The position numbers and the translations under genes are program-made. Of a stretch of DNA of 32,000 bases, positions 9,760 to 16,919 are shown one piece after another (position 1 is the stretch's first letter; every line of letters begins with the position of its first letter). Source of the stretch: an uncultured archaeon. Lineage in GTDB: Archaea; Iainarchaeota; Iainarchaeia; Iainarchaeales; 0-14-0-20-30-16. Under the pieces are notes generated by a model. That model was given only the letters and a program-made list of their open reading frames with translations. It had not been told where the DNA came from and made no database searches. The stretch spans positions 17,620-49,619 of the forward strand of contig CAZMGA010000001.1 in assembly GCA_964565725.1 (NCBI GenBank). Direction: 5' to 3'.

Positions 9760-10215
9760 TTGATATATGTAAATACAGTAATTACTAGTGATTATATGGG
9801 TTTATTAGATAAAATAAAAAACATTTTTAAAAAAAAAGAAAGTTATGAAAAAATAAATAATAATGTTTCTGAAATAAATATAAAAGAAGAATCTTTTGCT
9901 GTTGTAGAAAAAGATAAATATAATTATACTAATTTGTGGGATTATATTAAACCAAAGGAAAATACCCAAGCCGAACACATTTTAACAGTTGTAATTATTG
10001 AAGATTGGTTAGATATGGATCAAATTAGAAAAAAAATTAAAGATATATTTTTTATAGAATACAAACACGAAAAAAGTTTGTATCCCTACATTAAAACATT
10101 AGTAGATATTGGTTTATTAGAAACTAGTTCTGTTGGTGGAAAAAGAAAATGGAAAAAAAAAGATTTTATAATAAATAATAAATTTAAAGAAGAATATATT
10201 AAAATAACTAATTGA
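9760..10215 (+). CDS. Hypothetical protein, possibly winged-helix containing
   Basis: 151-aa ORF directly after dus. Internal start MGLLDKIKNIFKKK plausible; C-terminal YPYIKTLVDIGLLETSSVGGKRKWKKKDF is wHTH-like. Confidence 0.6.
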   Translation: MIYVNTVITSDYMGLLDKIKNIFKKKESYEKINNNVSEINIKEESFAVVEKDKYNYTNLWDYIKPKENTQAEHILTVVIIEDWLDMDQIRKKIKDIFFIEYKHEKSLYPYIKTLVDIGLLETSSVGGKRKWKKKDFIINNKFKEEYIKITN

Positions 10216-10227
10216 TTATACTTTAAT

Positions 10228-10821
10228 TTAATTTGAATATTTTAATTTGAATTCTTTTGTTAAAGAATCTAATTTTTGCATTATTTGTGTTTTTTCGTTA
10301 ATTTCATTATACCATTCTAAAGAAAATATTTTTTTAATTTCTAAAAATAATGTATTTTTTAGAGGTATTGATATTATTTTATTTTCGTTTAAATTATCCT
10401 CTAATAAATTTAAGATTCTTTTTGTATTTCCATCGTCATCAACAATAAAGGTATTTGTGATTACTCTATCTATAGCTTTTTTTGCTTGTTGTTCTGAAAC
10501 ATCTATATCATATAATGTATATGTTGCAGACCAATTTCCTTTCTCATACCATTTGTGTGTGGGATTTTCGCCAGTTTTAAAAAAATCTAATAAATTAGTT
10601 AAAGAATCTTTAGGAACTATAACTTCATTTTTTCCTTTTTTAATATATGTTGTTTTAGATAATATTCCTGGTCTATGATAAATATATATTTTGCCATTTG
10701 ATTTGGTTACATTTTGAGTATAACCATAAATAGCCCTAAATATTTTTTGATAATTATAATCAGAATGATTATAATCAGCATTCATTTTAACTTTATATTT
10801 TACCATATACGCTTTAGTCAT
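10228..10821 (-). CDS. Hypothetical protein
   Basis: 197-aa ORF with globular composition, chosen over antisense 10247..10678. First or second Met (MTKAY/MVKYK) possible start. Confidence 0.6.
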   Translation of the reverse strand: MTKAYMVKYKVKMNADYNHSDYNYQKIFRAIYGYTQNVTKSNGKIYIYHRPGILSKTTYIKKGKNEVIVPKDSLTNLLDFFKTGENPTHKWYEKGNWSATYTLYDIDVSEQQAKKAIDRVITNTFIVDDDGNTKRILNLLEDNLNENKIISIPLKNTLFLEIKKIFSLEWYNEINEKTQIMQKLDSLTKEFKLKYSN

Positions 10822-10965
10822 AATAATCTAATTAAAAAACAATCTAAAAATATATAAATGTATTTATTAAAATACTACACCCCATACTTCTAGTATTAAA
10901 TATATAATATTTTTTTTATTTATGTATAAATAATAAATATAAAAAAAGAATAATAAAATATAGTT

Positions 10966-11283
10966 TTATCTATATTTTACTAATGATCCAGAACTTACTT
11001 TTTTAGGTTCTTCTTTATGTGTTTGTATTTTTGTTTCTCCTCTAACAGGTCTAGGTGAAACTATAATAATATCTTTAACAGCTATAACTGTTTTATAAGG
11101 TATACTTTTATCGCTAATTATTTTTTTAGCTTCTTGTTTTGTTTTTACTTTTAAAGGAGCTGTTGTAATAGTTTCTAAAACACCACTTTCTAAATTAACA
11201 ACTATATCATAAACCTTACCTTTATAATCTCCATTTTGAGTAAATATATCTCTACCGAACAATTCAGATAATCTCATCATCAA
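10966..11283 (-). CDS. PRC-barrel domain protein
   Basis: MMMRLSELFGRDIFTQNGDYKGKVYDIVVNLESGVLETITTAPL...IPYKTVIAVKDIIIV, classic PRC-barrel pattern. Confidence 0.85.
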   Translation of the reverse strand: MMMRLSELFGRDIFTQNGDYKGKVYDIVVNLESGVLETITTAPLKVKTKQEAKKIISDKSIPYKTVIAVKDIIIVSPRPVRGETKIQTHKEEPKKVSSGSLVKYR

Positions 11284-11421
11284 TATCCCTCCAATAAATA
11301 TAATGTTCTTTATTATAATAAATCATTCCTTTTTATATATGTTTGCTTTTAAAATATACATTTTTAACCATTTTTTTTAAAATAATTAATTTAAAATAAA
11401 AAAAATAAATAATACTAGAAC

Positions 11422-11466
11422 TATAGGGGTTATAGGGTAAAAACATAAGATACCTTTAAATACCTT
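11422..11466. repeat. Two closely spaced pairs of 7-nt direct repeats upstream of the + strand PRC-barrel gene
   Basis: TATAGGG at 11422-11428 and 11431-11437; ATACCTT at 11450-11456 and 11460-11466. Confidence 0.5.
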
Positions 11467-11521
11467 ATCGTTTTGTATATCTATAATTATATTTTATGTT
11501 TTACGGGAGACAGGTGATTAT

Positions 11522-11806
11522 ATGTATAAATATTCTATAGCAAAACAATTAGCATCTAAGAGGGTAATCACCAACAGAGGTGACGAAGTAGGAAAAGTTA
11601 TAGATATCATCATTGATGAATTATCTGGTAATTTGGAATATTTGTTGGTAGAAGCTGATTTAGATTCAAAAGTTACAAAAACTTTGAATATAGACATGAA
11701 AAACAGAATGATTAAAGTGCCTTATTCAGCAGTTTCCGCTGTTAGTGATGTTTTCATTGTTGATGAAAAACAAATAGTTGTAGACAACGAAGACGAAGTT
11801 ATGTAA
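11522..11806 (+). CDS. PRC-barrel domain protein
   Basis: ASKRVITNRGDEVGKVIDIIIDELSGNLEYLLVEAD...MIKVPYSAVSAVSDVFIV; preceded by GACAGGTGATTAT. Confidence 0.87.
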   Translation: MYKYSIAKQLASKRVITNRGDEVGKVIDIIIDELSGNLEYLLVEADLDSKVTKTLNIDMKNRMIKVPYSAVSAVSDVFIVDEKQIVVDNEDEVM

Positions 11807-12902
11807 ATGAGAAAACAAATTTTTGTTTTCTTTTATCTATTTTTTTTAAAATAAGTTTTTTATTATTTATTATAAATTCTTTATCAATCTCTAAATTTTT
11901 TAATAATTTTTTTTGTATATTTTCTAAAGCGTCATAGTTAGAATAAATGAAATCACCTTTTTCTTTTATAATTTCCATTTCTTTTATAATTTTTTCTTTT
12001 GCCATTTTTTGTTTTTTCAAAATATTTTCAATATTATTTTTTTCTTTGTTTTTAACTTTTAAATTTTCATTTTGATCTGCAAACAAAATATTTTTCAAAA
12101 TATATTTTTCTATAAAATTATTATATTCACAGTCAATTTTATTTAAAAATTCAAAATCTAAATTAAAAATATTTATTTTGTTATTGTTTTCAAAATAAGT
12201 TAACCTAAATTTTTTGTTTATATATTTTTCTTTAAAATAATTAATTACGTCTTGAAAATTTTCATAAGTGTAATTGTCTTTATTTATATTTTTATATTCT
12301 AAATATTTTTCCACTAATTTTGGATTCAAACTAGTATTTAAAGTAATATTTGAAACCAAATTTTTGTCTAAATTTATATCTTCTTTTTTAGAATTATATT
12401 CTAAAATATTTTTAAAATTATTTTTTGGCAAAACATATATTTCATTTTTACTAATTTTTCTTTCTTTCCATTCTTCTTTTAATAAATATAAAATTATTTT
12501 ATTGTTTTTATCTGTTAATATTATATTATTGTTTGAAAAAAATTCACAATATAAATTATAATCTAAAAATTCAAATAATAATATTTTTTCTAAATTTATT
12601 TGTTTTATATTCATAATTTTTTTATTTTCTAAAATATTGTTTAATTGCAGCGCAAATCCTTTATTTTGAGGTTTTGCCTCTGTTTTTAAATTAGAAATTA
12701 TTGCAAACCCCAATCCCAAAAGTAATTCCTTATTATTTTCTTTCCTAATTTTTATTTTTAATATTTTTTCATTGGTATTAAGCAATTGTATTTTTTGAAT
12801 GTATCCATTTAATAATTCTTTGTTAAATAAATCTTCTAAATATAAAAAATTACTATTATTAAATTCTATATTTTTCCATTCTAAACTATTCATATTAAAC
12901 AT
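11799..12902 (-). CDS. rqcH: RqcH/NFACT-family protein, N-terminal half only (NFACT-N domain plus first coiled-coil arm)
   Basis: NFACT-N-like pattern: GLGFAIISNLKTEAKPQNKGFALQLNNILENKKIMNIKQINLEKILLFEF...LYCEFFSNNNIILTDKNNKIILYLLKEEWKERKISKNEIYVLP. Then coiled coil KQKMAKEKIIKEMEIIKEKGDFIYSNYDALENIQKKL and ILKKIDKRKQKFVFSFT*. No NFACT-R domain in this ORF. Confidence 0.82.
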   Translation of the reverse strand: MFNMNSLEWKNIEFNNSNFLYLEDLFNKELLNGYIQKIQLLNTNEKILKIKIRKENNKELLLGLGFAIISNLKTEAKPQNKGFALQLNNILENKKIMNIKQINLEKILLFEFLDYNLYCEFFSNNNIILTDKNNKIILYLLKEEWKERKISKNEIYVLPKNNFKNILEYNSKKEDINLDKNLVSNITLNTSLNPKLVEKYLEYKNINKDNYTYENFQDVINYFKEKYINKKFRLTYFENNNKINIFNLDFEFLNKIDCEYNNFIEKYILKNILFADQNENLKVKNKEKNNIENILKKQKMAKEKIIKEMEIIKEKGDFIYSNYDALENIQKKLLKNLEIDKEFIINNKKLILKKIDKRKQKFVFSFT

Positions 12903-13609
12903 TTTAAATCACTAATTTTTTTAATTATTAAATCTGGATTATATTTTAATAATTCCTTTTTATTGTATAAAAAATCTATTTTTGCAATAGTATAAACCTT
13001 TGCGTTTTTTCCAAAAATGATGTCTTTAATATTATCTCCAATATAAACAATATTTTTGTTTTTTAAATCATACTTTTTAATAATATATTTTAAAGTTTTA
13101 GGGTTTGGTTTTGAAGTTTTTATTACGCCCGATGTTATTATTATATCAAACATTTTTTTTTCATTTCTTAAACTTAATAACACCGCTTTCTTTTTTGAGC
13201 TAGTAATTATTCCTAATTTATATTTTTCTTTTAATTTGTATAATATATTTTTTGTTTCTTCTTCAAAAACAATATTTTTCTTTAAATAATTATAATATTT
13301 TTTTTCAAATAAATTATTTAAAATTAAAATTTCTTTTTCTTTTAATTTTGGATTCAACAACTTAATAACTTTTTTGGAGGGTGGTCCAAATTCTTTAATT
13401 ATCTTTTTATCATCTGTTTTTGGAAAAATAGATTTAAAAGCTTTTAATATAATTTCATTAGATTTAATTAAAGTTCCATCCAAATCAAAAATTAAAAATT
13501 TAACATTCTTTTTAATATTTTTTAAATTAGTATCTAAGAATTGCACCAATACCACCAAATGCGTTAATAAATTGTACGGATTCACTAGAATTTTTAGAAA
13601 TAAATACAA
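12890..13609 (-). CDS. HAD-superfamily hydrolase (phosphoglycolate phosphatase-like); true start downstream of the track start
   Basis: FLIFDLDGTLIKSN (motif I), LGIITSSKK (motif II), KPNPKTLKYI and NIVYIGDNIKDI (motifs III/IV). The N-terminal part of the ORF overlaps aRF1 out of frame, so real start is probably near 13500-13550. Confidence 0.85.
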   Translation of the reverse strand: MYLFLKILVNPYNLLTHLVVLVQFLDTNLKNIKKNVKFLIFDLDGTLIKSNEIILKAFKSIFPKTDDKKIIKEFGPPSKKVIKLLNPKLKEKEILILNNLFEKKYYNYLKKNIVFEEETKNILYKLKEKYKLGIITSSKKKAVLLSLRNEKKMFDIIITSGVIKTSKPNPKTLKYIIKKYDLKNKNIVYIGDNIKDIIFGKNAKVYTIAKIDFLYNKKELLKYNPDLIIKKISDLKCLI

Positions 13610-14744
13610 TTTTGGTATTATATTTTTTCGCTAATTCATAAAAATATTCGCCTACATCTATTTTTTCTATTTCACAAATTTTGTCCGAACCACAGTTAGG
13701 ACATTTTAAAGTATTGGTTTCTTTTGTAAAAACAGTATTACAGGCCTCACATTCAAATTCACTCATGTCAAATTCTAAATCTTCATATAATATAATTTTG
13801 TCTACCCGTCCTTCTTTAACTGCAGAAATAACTTCATTTATACCGTATGTAGCTAAATTTGTTTTTACAACTTTTTCAAAAAAATTAAAAATTTCTTGTT
13901 TTTCAATAACTAATTCACTTTCTTTTAATATATCTTCAGATAGCTCTATAATTTCTTTAATTCCTGACTCATCTGTATAAGTATTATCTACAAAACCCAA
14001 AATTTTGTTTTTTACCCTGTAATCCATTTCAGCAATTTCTATTGCTTTTCTTTTTGTATTTCCTGGTCCTCCAAGAATGATTCCTTGTAATTTGTTTTCT
14101 TCAATAAAAGGCAGATATACTTCAGTCATTTTTGTAGAAATTCTATTATAAAAGTCTTGTGCGGCTTCATCTCTTAAATGTTCAAATCTATGAGCTGATT
14201 GACCCCCCGCCTTTATTTTTCCAGGAACTGTTGAGTTTAAATTCAAAACAATTTTATATATTTTACCAGTTAAATAAGCAATAGTGGCTTCTCTATTATC
14301 TATTGCTACAATACCATATACTTTATTTGGTATTAACATTTCTTTTAAAGGATCTAAGTAAAAACTTGAATCACACCTATATAATTTTACATTCAAGGAT
14401 TTAACAGGAATTATATGATGTAATTGTATATCTGCTTTTCCATCTTGTTCAGAAACATTTCCACAAAATAATACCAAACCTGTTTCAGGAATTGAAAAAT
14501 CGGTAACTTTTAAGTATTGAATTATTTTTCTTAATGCTCCTTGAACATTTTTTCTAGTTGTGGCACTTTTTATATTTGATGATTGACTAACTTCATTTAC
14601 CAATTGATTCATTACTGAGCTTCTATCAGTATTGAAAGGAATATATAAGGATATTAATTCCGTATGCTTTCCTTTAAATTTATCTAACAATTTTAATTTT
14701 TTTTTAAAAATTTCAAAATTTACTTCCATTATATCAACCAACAA
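13527..14744 (-). CDS. prf1: Peptide chain release factor aRF1
   Basis: SSNIKSATTRKNVQGAL (NIKS motif), PGKIKAGGQSAHRFEHLRDEAAQDFY (GGQ motif), C-terminal CEACNTVF...CPNCG. Confidence 0.97.
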   Translation of the reverse strand: MLVDIMEVNFEIFKKKLKLLDKFKGKHTELISLYIPFNTDRSSVMNQLVNEVSQSSNIKSATTRKNVQGALRKIIQYLKVTDFSIPETGLVLFCGNVSEQDGKADIQLHHIIPVKSLNVKLYRCDSSFYLDPLKEMLIPNKVYGIVAIDNREATIAYLTGKIYKIVLNLNSTVPGKIKAGGQSAHRFEHLRDEAAQDFYNRISTKMTEVYLPFIEENKLQGIILGGPGNTKRKAIEIAEMDYRVKNKILGFVDNTYTDESGIKEIIELSEDILKESELVIEKQEIFNFFEKVVKTNLATYGINEVISAVKEGRVDKIILYEDLEFDMSEFECEACNTVFTKETNTLKCPNCGSDKICEIEKIDVGEYFYELAKKYNTKIVFISKNSSESVQFINAFGGIGAILRY

Positions 14745-14800
14745 ATAGTAATAACAAATATTATATATTTAGAGCAATTATCTTTTTAATCTTACCTATT

Positions 14801-15904
14801 TTAAGGTATAATTTCCGCTCCATTATATTTTAAATAATGAAAATCTTTTTTAGAAAGAATTTTCGCATTTATTAGTTTTTTTATTAGTTTTGTATTTTTT
14901 TGTAATTCCTCTATTAAAAAAATAGTATTTTTACAAAGTTGCTTTTTTTCATTTTTTGGCCAAGGGTTAAGAATATTTGAATATAAACATCTAGTTCCAC
15001 ACAAATTTAAATATTTACATTTTTTACAGTCATTAGGAACAAAAACAAGTTTTTTTATTTTTGTATTTTTATTTATATCTCCTAAATAATAATTTTTCAT
15101 ACCTGCCATTATTGGACAAGGAATAACTTTTCCATCAGTTTGGATTGTAAAATTTCCAAATCCTGCGCCACACATTAATTTAGTTTTTCTTTCGTACAAT
15201 AAGTTATTTATTATCCCTATAAAAGGATAAATTTTTATAATTTTTCCTTTTTTTAAATTTTGTATCCAAAAATCAATTAATTTTTTTAAATTTGGAATAT
15301 AATTTTCATTTGAAAATTTTTCAAAATTTCTTTTTTTGTAGTCGTTAAACCAGAAATTAGCATCTAATTGCCAATGAATTGAAGAAAATAATTTTGTATT
15401 TAATAAATGTTTTACATTTTTGTAAATGTTTTGATTTAAAATAGTCATTCTTGCTGTAATTTCCTTTTTGTAGCCTAGGTTTTTAATATAATTTATATTT
15501 TCTATGATTGTATCATAGGTTTTTTCACCCCTATATTTAGAAGTAATTGATTTATTTCCATCTATAGATATGAAAATACTTTCAAAATATTTTAGGTATT
15601 CTTTTTTTATTTTATTTAAAAAAATTCCATTTGTTTGTAGTATATATTTTACATTTAAATCTTTCAAAAAATCTATCGTTTTTTCCATTTGAGGTATGTT
15701 TAATAGTGGCTCTCCTCCATAAAAAATAACATAAGGGTTTTTTTCTTTTCTTAAAACATTTTTTAATTTTTTTAAATCATATTTTATATTATTTGATATT
15801 TCACAAATGGGTTCTGGAAAATCATCTGGTTCATTAAAAGCTTGTTCTCCACAATATTTACAGTTTAAATTACAATTATTTGTTAAAATTAAAAAATAAA
15901 TCAT
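14801..15904 (-). CDS. Radical SAM/SPASM-type protein, putative peptide-modifying enzyme
   Basis: LTNNCNLNCKYCGEQAF (CxxxCxxC), FYGGEPLLN, ILQTNGIFL, SIDGNKSI. C-terminal Cys-rich region CGAGFGNFTIQTDGKVIPCPI...CKKCKYLNLCGTRCLYSN is SPASM-like. Confidence 0.88.
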   Translation of the reverse strand: MIYFLILTNNCNLNCKYCGEQAFNEPDDFPEPICEISNNIKYDLKKLKNVLRKEKNPYVIFYGGEPLLNIPQMEKTIDFLKDLNVKYILQTNGIFLNKIKKEYLKYFESIFISIDGNKSITSKYRGEKTYDTIIENINYIKNLGYKKEITARMTILNQNIYKNVKHLLNTKLFSSIHWQLDANFWFNDYKKRNFEKFSNENYIPNLKKLIDFWIQNLKKGKIIKIYPFIGIINNLLYERKTKLMCGAGFGNFTIQTDGKVIPCPIMAGMKNYYLGDINKNTKIKKLVFVPNDCKKCKYLNLCGTRCLYSNILNPWPKNEKKQLCKNTIFLIEELQKNTKLIKKLINAKILSKKDFHYLKYNGAEIIP

Positions 15905-15917
15905 TTTATCACTAAAA

Positions 15918-16862
15918 CTAAAAATACTTTTTATATATTTTTAAAAGGTTTGTAAAGTTAATAACTGGTAAATAATAGTTTCTATGATCATCTGTTATTC
16001 TAGGACAAGCCGTATTAATTAAAAAATTTATACCCAAACCAATTAATTTATTTTCATTAATTTCATTACCATAAATAATAATTGCTTCTTTATTTATTTT
16101 ATTTATTTTTTTAACTAAGTCTTCTGCGATTTTTATTTTATTTTGACCTAACTTAGAACTTACATATATACCTATAACTTTACTTTGTAAAAACAAAGCG
16201 TCATAATTTATAATTTTTTTAGAATTTATTTCTTCAAAGTTATTATTAAAGTCATATTTATATGCTTTAACACTTTGTAAAGCATTAAAATGAAAATTTC
16301 CATCCCCTAAATAAATTATAGCATCTAACTTTTTTGATATTTTTTCAACATTAGAACAATCACAACCCAAAATTTGACCTATTTTTAATTTGTTGTTTTC
16401 TTTTCCTAAAACTACGTCCAACTTTTTGTGTTTTTTTAATTCTTTAACAATTTCGAAAATAAAATTATTATATTGTATTGGGCCTACAATAGTTATTTTT
16501 TTCTTTGCAAATTTTTTTTCGATATCTTTAATTGTTTTTTCTATATCCTCTTTATCAAAAATGTAATAACAAGGCCAATAAATTATTTTTTCTTTTGTGT
16601 TTATAAATTTAGTATGCCCAAAGTGAATAATTGCCTCGCAGTTTGCTTTTTTTAAATCTGTTTCATAAATATCACAAGCTCCAAAAGTAGTATCTATAGA
16701 TAAAACAAATTCTTTTTTTGTATCTTTCAAGCTATGTAAAATATGTAGATATTTGTGTTTTAAACCCTCGGGTAATTCTATTAAAAATCTTTTTTCCTTT
16801 TTTCTTTTTAAAACTTCTTTTAGTTCTTTTAATTGTAAATCTAATTGTAACATAAATATCAA
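15918..16862 (-). CDS. dph2: Diphthamide biosynthesis enzyme Dph2
   Basis: LPEGLKHKYLHI, DTTFGACDIYETDLKKANCEAIIHFGHTKF, LGCDCSNVEKI, LGDGNFHFNAL, FLINTACPRITDD. Confidence 0.93.
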   Translation of the reverse strand: MIFMLQLDLQLKELKEVLKRKKEKRFLIELPEGLKHKYLHILHSLKDTKKEFVLSIDTTFGACDIYETDLKKANCEAIIHFGHTKFINTKEKIIYWPCYYIFDKEDIEKTIKDIEKKFAKKKITIVGPIQYNNFIFEIVKELKKHKKLDVVLGKENNKLKIGQILGCDCSNVEKISKKLDAIIYLGDGNFHFNALQSVKAYKYDFNNNFEEINSKKIINYDALFLQSKVIGIYVSSKLGQNKIKIAEDLVKKINKINKEAIIIYGNEINENKLIGLGINFLINTACPRITDDHRNYYLPVINFTNLLKIYKKYF

Positions 16863-16919
16863 TATATAATATTTATATTAAAAGTATAAATAGTTTTTGC
16901 TATAAAAAAAATAAAAAAG

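Noticed and set aside
10247-10678. 143-aa + strand ORF overlapping 10228..10821(-)
   Set aside because: The minus strand ORF is longer and has more protein-like composition; the plus ORF is Phe/Ser/Ile-rich as expected of antisense in AT-rich DNA.
11799-12902. RqcH N-half considered as a simple C-terminal truncation or pseudogene
   Set aside because: The missing NFACT-R portion is present as an intact separate ORF at 20032..20868 starting where this one stops, which fits gene fission better than decay.
12274-13980. Plus ORFs 12274..12561, 13056..13289, 13374..13634 and 13681..13980
   Set aside because: All antisense to the RqcH N-half, HAD and aRF1 genes; Phe/Leu/Ser-rich shadows.
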